Positions 8,305 through 18,242 of a stretch of DNA of 64,000 nt are shown in pieces. Made by a program: the position numbers and the translations under genes. This DNA is from Patescibacteria group bacterium. Lineage in GTDB: Bacteria; Patescibacteriota; Minisyncoccia; Phycocordibacterales; UBA9973. Within the stretch, counting starts at the first letter, position 1, and the number at the start of each line of letters is the position of its first letter. Under the pieces are notes generated by a model that was not told the origin of the DNA, did not search any database, and saw only the letters and a list, made by a program, of their open reading frames with translations. Location: assembly GCA_028868715.1 (NCBI GenBank), contig JAGWUB010000002.1, positions 211,388 through 275,387 of the forward strand. Direction: 5' to 3'.

Positions 8305-10113
8305 ATGGAAAATCCCTATAACCGTAAACGTGACTTTAAGGTTGCTCTAAAATTACCGACAAAGTCAAAAATAAACGCCGCACTGGCTTCTTTCTCAAAA
8401 AGAGAACGGATTGTTTTTTCTCTGCTAGTAGTAGTGCTGTTTGTGAGTGCCCTGCTACTCTTAAATAATATCAACAGGCATTTCATGGTGAGCGTACCGA
8501 TGCATGGTGGCAGTATTTCTGAAGGAATAATCGGCACCCCTCGCTTCGTCAACCCCGTACTCGCAAACTCCCCCGCTGACCAAGACTTGGTATCGCTCAT
8601 TTATTCAGGACTTATGAGAAAAAATTCAGATGGAGAGCTGATTCCTGATTTAGCAGAAAAATACACTGTTTCTGACGATGGGCTGACTTATACTTTTACT
8701 TTGAAAAATAATATTTATTTTCATGATGGCAAACCAGTCACTGTGGATGACATCATTTACACTATAAATACAGTAAAGGATTCTGTGATCAAGAGCCCAC
8801 ACAAGGCAAACTGGGACGGAGTGACTGTTTTAAAGATAGATGAAAAAACCGTTGAATTTAATCTAAAGAAACCATATGCATCTTTTTTGGAAAATACGAC
8901 CCTCGGCATCATGCCTTCATATCTATGGGGTGGTTCACCAATTGAATTAAATAGTGAAAATACTAACCCAATCGGATCAGGACCTTATATGATCACAAAC
9001 GTTAGCAAGCAAGCTTCAGGAATAATAAATTATTATGAACTGACATCGTTTAAAAAATTTGCCTTGGGTACACCATATATAGACACTCTGGGCCTACATT
9101 TTTACTCCAATGAAGATGACATGGTGAAAGCTCTCCAAAACAAGGAAGTGGATCAGATAAGTTCGGTCACCCCTGCAAACGCAGAAATTTTAAAGAATGA
9201 TGGATATAAAATAGAATCGGCAATTCTACCTAGAGTATTCGGACTTTTCTTTAATCAAAATGCTAATAGAATTTTTATTGATAAAACTGTAGTCAATGCT
9301 ATCGATCAGGCGATAGATAAAGACAAACTAGTACATGAAGTACTCTCTGGATACGGAGTCACCATCGACGAACCAATACCACCAAATATGGTAGAGTATC
9401 AAAGTCTAAATAGTGAAAATGGTACTTCCCGCGCAGATATATTGCAGAGTGTGCAACAGAGCTTGGCCGACGACGGTTGGGTAAAAAATGCTGATGGAAT
9501 TCTAGAAAAATCAGCGCAACCAACAAAGGTAGTTAAAACAAAAAAAGGTAAGACGTCGACCGTAGCTGTAGGTAAAAAGACGACTACCCTGCTTGAGTTT
9601 TCAATCTCAACTAGCGATGCCCCAGAGCTCACCAAGGCTGCTTCGTTGATACAACAAGATTTAGCGGCTGTCGGCATGAAGGTTGATATAAAAACTTTCC
9701 AAATCGGCAGTTTAAATCAAGACGTAATCCGTCCACGTCAATATGATGCTCTGCTCTTTGGAGAAATTATCAACAATGAATCCGATCTCTTTGCTTTTTG
9801 GCATTCCTCACAAAGAAAAGACCCAGGGCTCAATGTAGCTATGTATACCAATGCAAATGTAGACAAAATTTTAGAAGATGCTTTTGTGACAATCGACAAA
9901 GCTTCTAGAGTTAAAAAATATATCCAGTTTGAAAATGAAATTAAAAAAGATATGCCAGCGGTTTTTCTATACACCCCTGATTTTGTATATGTAGTATCCA
10001 AAAATCTTTCAGGGCTTTCTATGAATCATATAACTTTCCCATCGGATCGTTTTGTTGATGTATATTCATGGTATACGGAAAAATATAATGTTTGGAAAGT
10101 ATTTACCCACTAA
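8305..10113 (+). CDS. Peptide ABC transporter substrate-binding protein (family 5)
   Basis: IYSGL..PDLAE.Y.VS.DG.TYTF.L...FHDG, PIGSGPY. Confidence 0.9.
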   Translation: MENPYNRKRDFKVALKLPTKSKINAALASFSKRERIVFSLLVVVLFVSALLLLNNINRHFMVSVPMHGGSISEGIIGTPRFVNPVLANSPADQDLVSLIYSGLMRKNSDGELIPDLAEKYTVSDDGLTYTFTLKNNIYFHDGKPVTVDDIIYTINTVKDSVIKSPHKANWDGVTVLKIDEKTVEFNLKKPYASFLENTTLGIMPSYLWGGSPIELNSENTNPIGSGPYMITNVSKQASGIINYYELTSFKKFALGTPYIDTLGLHFYSNEDDMVKALQNKEVDQISSVTPANAEILKNDGYKIESAILPRVFGLFFNQNANRIFIDKTVVNAIDQAIDKDKLVHEVLSGYGVTIDEPIPPNMVEYQSLNSENGTSRADILQSVQQSLADDGWVKNADGILEKSAQPTKVVKTKKGKTSTVAVGKKTTTLLEFSISTSDAPELTKAASLIQQDLAAVGMKVDIKTFQIGSLNQDVIRPRQYDALLFGEIINNESDLFAFWHSSQRKDPGLNVAMYTNANVDKILEDAFVTIDKASRVKKYIQFENEIKKDMPAVFLYTPDFVYVVSKNLSGLSMNHITFPSDRFVDVYSWYTEKYNVWKVFTH

Positions 10114-10129
10114 TTAATAAAAAATAATA

Positions 10130-12097
10130 ATGAAAAAAACAAGACTATCTTTCAGCTCTCTCAGTATTGAGAAACCTAAAACTCCGGTGAGTACGGCTGG
10201 CAGTGAGCAAACAGCAATGCACAAAACTTCTCCTCGTAGAATTGGAGAATATTCAGCAGGAGCTGGAAAACAAAAAACTAAAGACAAAAGCCGGTCATCT
10301 AAAAGCTCCACCTATCAATATTCCAAAAATAGTCATGGACCAAGTAAAGGTGGCAGTCGTTCACCATCAGGAAAGACACAATACAAAAATCTTAACGAAA
10401 GTAAAATTCCGCCACCAGAAGCAGGAGTCATTCGAGTCATCCCCTTTGGTGGAGTAGAAGAAGTCGGGAGAAATATGTTAATAATTGAGTCCAAAGACGA
10501 CATAATCGTTTTGGATATCGGTTTCCATTTCATTGACGAAGAAGAAGCTATGGGTGCAGATTTTACACTTCCAAACTTTAAATATTTAGAGGAACGCAAA
10601 GATAAAATTCGCGCCATCGCTATCACCCACGGACACCTAGACCACATTGGTGGTATACCATTTATCGTAGACCGCATAGGCAACCCACCAATCTATGCGC
10701 AATACTTGACGACGCTCATGATAAAGAAGCGTCAAGAAGAATTTATTGGTAAACCACCTTTGACTATAAATGTGGTAGATCAAGACACTAAAGTAAAGTT
10801 TAACCAACTTTCTCTAGGCTTTTTCCCAGTTTATCACTCTATTCCTGACTCAATGGGAGTAATCGTGGGCACCCCATACGGAAATATTATCGTATCAGGC
10901 GATATGAAACTTGAGCATGAAAATGGCAAACCAACGGTGAAAGAAGAAAAAAAGTGGACAGGGCTTGGTAAAGAGAAACCACTGTTACTGATTGCTGATT
11001 CTACCAACGCTGAAGTTCCTGGATTTTCAATCTCTGAAAAGGAAGTTCAAAAAAATATTGAGGAAATAATCAAAACGACGGAAGGTCGGCTAGTTATCGG
11101 AACTTTTGCCTCTCAATTTGATCGCATGATCAAAATCGTTGAAATTTGTGAACGCTATAATAAAAAAATCGTTGTAGAAGGAAGAAGTATGAAAAACAAC
11201 GTAGACATCGCCAAGCTGGCTGGACTTTTAAAGCCAAAAGACGACACCTTTATTGCGGCGCAAGATATAGACAATTATCCACCCAATCGTATCGTCATCA
11301 TCGCCACTGGCGCCCAAGGTGAAGAATTTGCTGCGCTAATGCGAATGGCCACCAACAAGCATAAATACATCAGACTAAATGCCAAGGATACTATCATGTT
11401 TTCTTCATCCGTAATCCCTGGAAATGAGGTCAGCATCCAGAAACTAAAAGACAGCCTATATCGACATGATTTGAAACTTATCCATTATGGAATAGCCGAA
11501 ATTCACTCTGGTGGGCACGCGAGACAGGAAGACTTAGTATGGATAAATAAGGCGGTGAATCCAAAATTCTTTATGCCCGGCTATGGCAACCATTCAATGT
11601 TGCGTATCCACGCTCAGATAATTCGCGAACGAAATAATTTTCCTAAAGAAAATATCGTAGTTCCAGATAATGGAACTATCGTAGAAATCATAGATAAAGG
11701 AACTAAAATAACCGTACGCAAAGAAAAAGCTCCAGCTTCTATGATGGTAGTGGATGGACTCTCAATCGGTGATGTTCAAGATGTCGTAGTTCGCGACCGA
11801 GTGATGTTGGCTCAAGACGGAATGTTTGTCATTATCGCTCTGCTTGATCAAAAAACCGGAAAGTTAAAAAAATCTCCAGATCTTATTTCTCGTGGATTTG
11901 TCTATCTAAAGGAAAATCAGGAACTACTCCGTCAGGTCAGAATTGTTATTAAAAAATTAGTAGAAAATTCTACCGCCAAGTCCAGTGTGGTAAACTTTGA
12001 TGTACTAAAGGCAGAATTGGGAGAGAACGTATCAAAGTTTTTATATCAAAAAACAGAAAAAAGACCTTTGGTTATACCAGTAATCTTGAGCGTATAA
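10130..12097 (+). CDS. rnj: Ribonuclease J
   Basis: GGVEEVGRNM, THGHLDHIGG, HSIPD, TGAQGE, HSGGH. Confidence 0.95.
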   Translation: MKKTRLSFSSLSIEKPKTPVSTAGSEQTAMHKTSPRRIGEYSAGAGKQKTKDKSRSSKSSTYQYSKNSHGPSKGGSRSPSGKTQYKNLNESKIPPPEAGVIRVIPFGGVEEVGRNMLIIESKDDIIVLDIGFHFIDEEEAMGADFTLPNFKYLEERKDKIRAIAITHGHLDHIGGIPFIVDRIGNPPIYAQYLTTLMIKKRQEEFIGKPPLTINVVDQDTKVKFNQLSLGFFPVYHSIPDSMGVIVGTPYGNIIVSGDMKLEHENGKPTVKEEKKWTGLGKEKPLLLIADSTNAEVPGFSISEKEVQKNIEEIIKTTEGRLVIGTFASQFDRMIKIVEICERYNKKIVVEGRSMKNNVDIAKLAGLLKPKDDTFIAAQDIDNYPPNRIVIIATGAQGEEFAALMRMATNKHKYIRLNAKDTIMFSSSVIPGNEVSIQKLKDSLYRHDLKLIHYGIAEIHSGGHARQEDLVWINKAVNPKFFMPGYGNHSMLRIHAQIIRERNNFPKENIVVPDNGTIVEIIDKGTKITVRKEKAPASMMVVDGLSIGDVQDVVVRDRVMLAQDGMFVIIALLDQKTGKLKKSPDLISRGFVYLKENQELLRQVRIVIKKLVENSTAKSSVVNFDVLKAELGENVSKFLYQKTEKRPLVIPVILSV

Positions 12098-12098
12098 G

Positions 12099-13253
12099 AT
12101 GACATCCAAACATCCATTTAGACTTCTATACTTTGTCGGTTTTATTTTTTCAATCCAGTATGGATTGGTGTTGTATATAAATTCTAGTTTTTTGGAACAA
12201 GTAATTCCCGAAAAAATTGTGGGTTTGGTATTCACCCTTGCCTCCTTTTTATCAATCCTCTTTTTACTAGAAATTCCAAGAATACTGAGCCGACTAGGTA
12301 ATTATAAAACTGCGATAATCCTCGTACTATGCAGCTCTATTTCTTTATTTAGCTTAAGTATTGCGCATTCAGCTCTTAGCACCGTTATCGCTTTTTTGTT
12401 TTACACTGTTGCAAATTATTCTCTACTGTTGTCCTTGGATGTTTTCATTGAAGAATATATTACCAGTGGAAAAATTGGCCGAACTCGCGGAACTTTTTTG
12501 GGTATCAGAAATTTAGGTATATTGATATCGCCAAGTATCGCTGTTTTGATCGTTACAAAAGCTTCATTTTTTGGCGTTTATTTATCAGCTTCATTATTTA
12601 CCCTCACTTCCCTCTTATTTATTTTCCCGCATTTGAAAAATTTTGAGGATCCTATCTACCGAAGAATATTAGTACGCGAAACACTAAAGAAAGTAAAACA
12701 AGATATAAGCTTAAAAAGGATATACTTGAGCGAATTTTTACTTTGCTTTTTTTATTCTTGGATGATAATTTACATGCCAATTTATCTTCATCAATATATC
12801 GGCTTTGGATGGCAAAACATCGGATTTATTTTTACTATCATGCTTATTCCCTTTGTGTTGGTGGATTATCCACTCGGGCGTTTATCGGACAAGATTGGAG
12901 AGAAAAAACTGTTAATTTTTGGATTTTCTATGGTATCTCTGTCCACAATTGCCATTTTCTTTCTCAAAACTCAAAGCATTTTTATTTGGGCACTAGTTTT
13001 GTTTGCGACCAGAGTCGGAGCAGCTGTCATTGAAGTAATGAACGAAAGTTATTTTTTCAAAAAAATTATGGCAGAGGATGCTGGGCTAATCAGCTTTTTT
13101 AGAAATATGTTTCCATTTGCTTTTATCGTCGCTCCCCTTTTTGCAATCCCTGTTTTATTCTTGGTTCCTTCTTTTAAATTTCTTTTTTTGACTCTCGGCA
13201 CGATAATGCTCTTGGGCTTTTTATCTAGCCTCCGATTGAAAGATGTAAAGTAA
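12099..13253 (+). CDS. MFS transporter
   Basis: About 12 TM segments, GRLSDKIGEK motif. Confidence 0.85.
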   Translation: MTSKHPFRLLYFVGFIFSIQYGLVLYINSSFLEQVIPEKIVGLVFTLASFLSILFLLEIPRILSRLGNYKTAIILVLCSSISLFSLSIAHSALSTVIAFLFYTVANYSLLLSLDVFIEEYITSGKIGRTRGTFLGIRNLGILISPSIAVLIVTKASFFGVYLSASLFTLTSLLFIFPHLKNFEDPIYRRILVRETLKKVKQDISLKRIYLSEFLLCFFYSWMIIYMPIYLHQYIGFGWQNIGFIFTIMLIPFVLVDYPLGRLSDKIGEKKLLIFGFSMVSLSTIAIFFLKTQSIFIWALVLFATRVGAAVIEVMNESYFFKKIMAEDAGLISFFRNMFPFAFIVAPLFAIPVLFLVPSFKFLFLTLGTIMLLGFLSSLRLKDVK

Positions 13254-13267
13254 AATATTTTAATTTT

Positions 13268-14590
13268 CTAGTTATCCTTAGCAGCCTCGAGGGTTACCGG
13301 AACCATTTTTTCTACGCCTTTGTGGAGAATTTTTAGATTTATTACTTGGCCAACGCTTTTTCCACGAATAATTGAGGAAAGGCTGGTTTTATCATCGAGC
13401 TTCACTCCATCAACTTCAAGAATAATGTCGTTTTCCACAATGCCAGCTTTGTCAGCGGGGCTTCCTGGAACAACTGCCAAATCACTCGCAGTTGCTCCGG
13501 ATTTTACCAATACTCCATAATCAACCGTTAGGTTGTTTTTGTCTTTTAAGTCAGGAGTTACATCCACATAGCGTAACCCCAGATATGCGCGAACAATTTT
13601 CCCAGTACTTTTTACAGAATCAATTGAACCCTTAATACTATTTATCGGCAAAGCAAATCCAATACTCTGGGCTCCTTGAGCCATAGCCACATTAACCCCT
13701 ATGACTTCTCCTCGAAGGTTCAGCAAGGGACCTCCAGAATTTCCGGGGTTGATGGCCGCATCAGTTTGAATCACGTGGTCTAGGGTTTCGGTCTTGCCTA
13801 AATTGTCGCCAGCAGTCACCGAACGAGCTAGACCAGAAACTACTCCGACAGAAACAGTGTTGCGATACTCTCCGAGAGCATTCCCAATCGCAATAACACT
13901 CTGCCCTACTTCGAGCGTATCTGAATTGCCAAGAGTAAGATATGAATAACCGGAGCCATCAATTTTGATAAGTGCAATATCTAAAACAGGATCTTTAGCA
14001 ATTACTTTTGCAGCATGTTTTTTGCCATCATTGGTAAACACGGTATATTCGACTCCTGTTTGGTCTACGACGTGTTTGTTGGTAACAATCAAGCCGTCAC
14101 TCGATACAAAAAACCCAGATCCACCGCCAATGTCTTTTTTCTCGGTACCATTTTGACGATATTGTGGAATGTTGAAATTGAAACCTGGGAAATTAGGAAA
14201 CAAATCTCCGAATGGGTTTTGTAGTTGTTGTTGATTGGGATCAATGTAGGCTTCATACTTTGGAACTTGCTTGGAAATGATTATAGAAACGACGGCTGGA
14301 TTTGTTTTCTTGACAGCGTCGATGACAAAAGAGTCTTGGGAAAAAATAGTAGACTTGTCTGAGCTACCAAAGATACCAGATGAAGTATCGCCATTGTTGG
14401 CCACTTGAGCCTCTCTCACGTATTCCTTGGCAAAATAAGCAAAAATGTTAGCTCGATAATGCCAGACTATACCTAGTCCCACTAACATAAAAACTAAAAA
14501 GGAAAGCAAGCTTGTAAAAAATATTAATGAAAAATCTCTATTGTTAAAGATTTTTTTAAAGAATTTTATTATATCTGGTTCTTGTTGCAT
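13268..14590 (-). CDS. htrA: HtrA/DegP serine protease with PDZ domain
   Basis: TNKHVV, DIAL, QTDAAINPGNSGGPL, C-terminal PDZ. Confidence 0.93.
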   Translation of the reverse strand: MQQEPDIIKFFKKIFNNRDFSLIFFTSLLSFLVFMLVGLGIVWHYRANIFAYFAKEYVREAQVANNGDTSSGIFGSSDKSTIFSQDSFVIDAVKKTNPAVVSIIISKQVPKYEAYIDPNQQQLQNPFGDLFPNFPGFNFNIPQYRQNGTEKKDIGGGSGFFVSSDGLIVTNKHVVDQTGVEYTVFTNDGKKHAAKVIAKDPVLDIALIKIDGSGYSYLTLGNSDTLEVGQSVIAIGNALGEYRNTVSVGVVSGLARSVTAGDNLGKTETLDHVIQTDAAINPGNSGGPLLNLRGEVIGVNVAMAQGAQSIGFALPINSIKGSIDSVKSTGKIVRAYLGLRYVDVTPDLKDKNNLTVDYGVLVKSGATASDLAVVPGSPADKAGIVENDIILEVDGVKLDDKTSLSSIIRGKSVGQVINLKILHKGVEKMVPVTLEAAKDN

Positions 14591-14601
14591 ATACTTTAAT
14601 A

Positions 14602-14628
14602 TACGTTACTAATAAACAAAATGTTGCA
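14602..14628 (-). promoter_or_regulatory. ECF-sigma-like promoter TGCAAC-N17-CGTA upstream of htrA
   Basis: Resembles Bacillus SigW/SigM-type consensus; htrA is a classic ECF target. Confidence 0.4.
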
Positions 14629-14649
14629 CACTGGGTGTAAGAAATTATA

Positions 14650-15105
14650 TCAAAAATTATATTTTTTTAGCAAGTGACTTTTATATATTTTTTCCTTGTG
14701 AGGCTTTAAACGTATTATTTTTACGATAAGACCTTTATTTTTTAAGTCTTTTTTTAGATTTTGTACGTAGGCTCTTTGGTCATATCCTAGGGCAATAATA
14801 TTGGGCTTTTCTTTTAAAATGTGTGGAATGTGATTCTTTACTCCAGAAAGTATTACTTTATCAACCAAGGGACATTTTTTTAATAAAATCATCCTTTTCT
14901 TTTCATTTAAAGTCGGATACTTACCCTTTATTTTCAAAACATTTTTATCACGTGCGATTGAAACTATCAGAAATGATGCTTGGTCTAATTTTTTAGCCTG
15001 TTTTAAAAAATTTAAGTGTCCCTCGTGCAGTCCATCAAAGGTACCAAACACCATTATTTTTACCCTACTTACTGGAGGGTTCTTTTCCACAGGTTTTTTT
15101 GACAT
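14650..15105 (-). CDS. Cytidylyltransferase-family nucleotidyltransferase (archaeal RibL FAD synthase-like)
   Basis: FGTFDGLHEGHLNFL.QAK, IARD, IALGYDQ. Confidence 0.8.
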   Translation of the reverse strand: MSKKPVEKNPPVSRVKIMVFGTFDGLHEGHLNFLKQAKKLDQASFLIVSIARDKNVLKIKGKYPTLNEKKRMILLKKCPLVDKVILSGVKNHIPHILKEKPNIIALGYDQRAYVQNLKKDLKNKGLIVKIIRLKPHKEKIYKSHLLKKYNF

Positions 15106-15126
15106 AAGTTAAGGTAAGTATATACT
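15099..15126 (+). promoter_or_regulatory. Sigma70 promoter for the riboswitch leader
   Basis: TTGACA(15099)-N16-TATACT(15121). Confidence 0.65.
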
Positions 15127-15153
15127 AAGTTAGTTCCTTTTAAAAATTAAGAG

Positions 15154-15274
15154 AAGTGATTGGGGAAACTGGTTAGATTCCAGTACAGTGCCGCTACGGT
15201 AAGTCCCGATACGCCAATTGGCGAATCGAGGAACAAGTCCGAATACCAATCATTTTACTAATCCCGAGCAGGAT
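15154..15274 (+). ncRNA. Cobalamin riboswitch aptamer (compact/variant class)
   Basis: AAGTGATTGG/CCAATCATTT stem, GGGAAA, CTGG-TTAGATT-CCAG T-loop arm, TACAGTGCCGCTACGGTAA, B12-box-like AAGTCCGAATACC, P13 ATCC-CGAGCA-GGAT; lies upstream of DUF4430 genes. Confidence 0.85.
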
Positions 15275-15300
15275 CCTCTCTCATTTTTTTGAGAGACCAC

Positions 15301-15327
15301 AAATTCTGCCCGAGCAGAATTTTTTTT
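15301..15327 (+). terminator. Riboswitch expression-platform terminator
   Basis: AAATTCTGC-CCGA-GCAGAATTT followed by a U tract, 4 nt before the ATG. Confidence 0.8.
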
Positions 15328-15331
15328 ATTT

Positions 15332-15793
15332 ATGAGAAGAAATATAAAAATAATAATAGCCGTTATAATTTTCCTGTCACTTGGAATTTTAGGTTGGCAA
15401 AATATTCACAAGCAAACCCTTGGCAGGAGCGTTAGCAACGAACAGAAAAATTTTTTAGCAAAAAAATTTCTTGGTGAATCCGAGAATATTTTGCCAACCC
15501 AACTCAAAACCGCGGATATAGAAGTAAACGGTGTAAAATACCAAACTGAAATTTCACAAAACACCAGTGTATATGATTTTATGGATAAATTGCGAACTGA
15601 AGGAAAAATAAATTTTGAGGACAAAACCTATGTCGGGATGGGGAAATTTATTGAATCCATAAATGGGATTAAAAATACTGGAGACAAAAGCTGGATCTAC
15701 TATGTCAACGGCAAAGAGGCACAAATTGGGGTTTCAAATTATAAGATGAATCCGGGAGATGTCGTATCTTGGAAATATGAGAAGGGTTATTAA
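15332..15793 (+). CDS. Membrane-anchored DUF4430 (transcobalamin beta-domain-like) protein
   Basis: GKFIESINGI...WIYYVNGK.AQIGVS.Y....GD.V.WKY. Confidence 0.88.
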   Translation: MRRNIKIIIAVIIFLSLGILGWQNIHKQTLGRSVSNEQKNFLAKKFLGESENILPTQLKTADIEVNGVKYQTEISQNTSVYDFMDKLRTEGKINFEDKTYVGMGKFIESINGIKNTGDKSWIYYVNGKEAQIGVSNYKMNPGDVVSWKYEKGY

Positions 15794-15807
15794 GTTGTTT
15801 AAAAAAT

Positions 15808-17631
15808 ATGAAAAAAATATTAAAAGTTTTAATGGTTGTTGGAATATTATTAGCCGGAGGAAATAATTTAGCTCACGCAGATCCTCAAAGTGTAAACCTG
15901 ACTGTTCGTGATGGAGCCACCATTGTCTTCTCTGGGGCTGTGACCCTACCTACGACCATAACCAGCTTAAATGATGCCACGAATACGCCACACACCATTA
16001 ATTCCAGTAGTGTGCTCTCGGTATTGGATAGTGCTGCCACAGGCACAGGTTCAAATTTTAGTATTTCCAATCTGACATATTTTAGCTCTTTTGATTCTCT
16101 TTATTTAAAGTGTATTACCGACCCAAGTGGAGAAAAATGTGACAACTGGCAATATGCTGTAAATGGCTCTGGTCCTAGTGTAGGTATGGATAAAAATATT
16201 TTAGCTGGTGGAGAAAATGTATATGTGTATTTTGGGCCACAAAATAAAATTACTTTGAGTTCAGGAAATATAAAAACCACGGATACTTTGACCGTCACCA
16301 CGCAAAACTATGATTATGTAAATAATGCTTGGATCACAAGAGCTGGAGTGACTGTGGGTTTGACCCAACCTGACCCAAGCAATCCTTCTACGCCAACTGA
16401 AGTTAAAACTAGTCCAGTAGACGCTAATGGTCAAGCAACCTTTTCATCAATTCCTGCTGGAAATTATAATGTCGGAGTAAAAGAAGATTATTATTTTCCA
16501 ACTGAAGCCCTTACTGTAGCTACTCCTCCACCAACATCGAGTGGAGGTGGAGGTGGAGGAGGTGGATACGTAGCGAGTGCTGGCAAAGTGCTCGGAGTCA
16601 CCACTACTAAGACCGGCTTTGATTTAAAACTGGCATCTGATTTTCTTGTAGCCCAACAAAAGCCAGATGGCTCCTTTGGCGAAGATCTGTATACTGACTG
16701 GGCGGGTATGGCTTTAGCATCTGGAAATTATCAGAATCAAGTAATAAAACTAATTAAACATTTTGAAGAATCCCCTATTGCTGGTACTAATCTTACAGAT
16801 TATGAGAGGCATGCGATGGCATTGATGGCTCTCGGTCTCAATCCTTATGATACCAATGGCACAAACTACATTAAAAAAATAGCCGATAGTTTTGACGGTA
16901 AACAATTTGGAGATCCAACTCAAAATAATGACGATATTTTTGCGCTAATAGTTTTACAAAATGCCGGATACGGACAAGATGAAAAAATGATAACTGATGA
17001 TGTATCTTTTATACTTAGTACCCAAAAACAAGATGGCTCTTGGGATGAAAGTATAGATATGACTGGAGCTGGCATAGAAGCTTTGTCCGCATTCAATAAA
17101 AGTGATCAAGTAAAAAGTTCACTAACTAAAGCAGAGGCATTTTTAAAACAAACAGAGGAGAGCAATGGAGGCTGGGGTGATAATGCATCTTCCACTGCGT
17201 GGGCCATCGAAGGCATATTGGCCTTGGGTGAAAAACCGGAAGATTGGAAAAAAAATGATCCGACAAATCCTGGTGTAAGTAATACTCCACTTGATTATCT
17301 GGCAACAATGCAAGATACAGATGGCGGAATAAAGGATGCTAATATACAAACTAAAATTTGGGAAACAACTTACGTGATTTCTGCCCTCTCTGGTAAAACT
17401 TGGAATCAAACTATGCAAACATTTGATAAACCTAAAGATGTTAGTAATGTTCCTGGTGCATCCCCTGAAATAAAACCTGCGACAAAACCTGTAGTAATGT
17501 TAAAAAAAATAACTCCAATCACATCCAAAACAACAATACATGAAATAACTTTACCGGAAACACAAAATCCACCAGCACTAATACCTAAACCAGAAAACTG
17601 GTTCTCCAGATTGATACATTTTATTTTTTAA
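15808..17631 (+). CDS. Exported protein: DUF4430-like domain, Ig-like domain, and prenyltransferase/squalene-oxidase-repeat alpha-barrel
   Basis: Signal peptide, WQYAVNG...VG, repeats QQKPDGSFG, QKQDGSWD, ESNGGWG, QDTDGG. Confidence 0.8.
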   Translation: MKKILKVLMVVGILLAGGNNLAHADPQSVNLTVRDGATIVFSGAVTLPTTITSLNDATNTPHTINSSSVLSVLDSAATGTGSNFSISNLTYFSSFDSLYLKCITDPSGEKCDNWQYAVNGSGPSVGMDKNILAGGENVYVYFGPQNKITLSSGNIKTTDTLTVTTQNYDYVNNAWITRAGVTVGLTQPDPSNPSTPTEVKTSPVDANGQATFSSIPAGNYNVGVKEDYYFPTEALTVATPPPTSSGGGGGGGGYVASAGKVLGVTTTKTGFDLKLASDFLVAQQKPDGSFGEDLYTDWAGMALASGNYQNQVIKLIKHFEESPIAGTNLTDYERHAMALMALGLNPYDTNGTNYIKKIADSFDGKQFGDPTQNNDDIFALIVLQNAGYGQDEKMITDDVSFILSTQKQDGSWDESIDMTGAGIEALSAFNKSDQVKSSLTKAEAFLKQTEESNGGWGDNASSTAWAIEGILALGEKPEDWKKNDPTNPGVSNTPLDYLATMQDTDGGIKDANIQTKIWETTYVISALSGKTWNQTMQTFDKPKDVSNVPGASPEIKPATKPVVMLKKITPITSKTTIHEITLPETQNPPALIPKPENWFSRLIHFIF

Positions 17632-18235
17632 ACTCTACAACTTTGCCGGCTAAAATTTCTACTTTATCGGCTTTGCGCAGGTTTTTGATTTGAGATTTAG
17701 AAAGAATGTCGTAATGCTTTTGCTTGTCTAGGGCCTTGTCTATATACCACAGATCCCCTTCGGCGGTAGCCCAATTTCGACTGTTGAATTTATTTAAATT
17801 TAGTGGAGCAGAATATTTACGCAAGGTCTTTTGCCCATTATCTAAAAAATATTCGTGAAAATAAGACATCACGAGTTCACGGATGTTTTTATAGATCGGT
17901 TCCCGATATCGTAGTACAGCATGATTTGTCTTGGATAAAGCGCCCCAGTGGCCATTCTGCTTGAATGAAGTGATAACGTGGTCAAAGTCCCCTTTGGTGG
18001 TCTGTAGGTGTAGCACACATGGAGTAAACCCATGCAAGGAAAGAATGTATGCTCCTAGGATAGCCCCCTCAATGCAATGAGCGTTGTGAGTACGAACAAC
18101 CATAAGTGGTGACTTTAATGTATCCACTCCATTCTTCTCAAAATTAAACTGGAGTTCATTTAGAAAACTCTGCACCTTGGCTGGTGTATTTAGTTTGTGG
18201 AGTAATGCCTTTTCAGCTTTAGTGAACGCTAACAT
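17621..18235 (-). CDS. Transglutaminase-like Cys/His hypothetical protein
   Basis: AHCIEGA, DHV, WGALSKTN...LRYREPIY. Confidence 0.65.
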   Translation of the reverse strand: MLAFTKAEKALLHKLNTPAKVQSFLNELQFNFEKNGVDTLKSPLMVVRTHNAHCIEGAILGAYILSLHGFTPCVLHLQTTKGDFDHVITSFKQNGHWGALSKTNHAVLRYREPIYKNIRELVMSYFHEYFLDNGQKTLRKYSAPLNLNKFNSRNWATAEGDLWYIDKALDKQKHYDILSKSQIKNLRKADKVEILAGKVVEFKK

Positions 18236-18242
18236 GCATCAT

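Noticed and set aside
16543-16566. GGAGGT tandem repeat
   Set aside because: Encodes the poly-Gly linker of the exported protein
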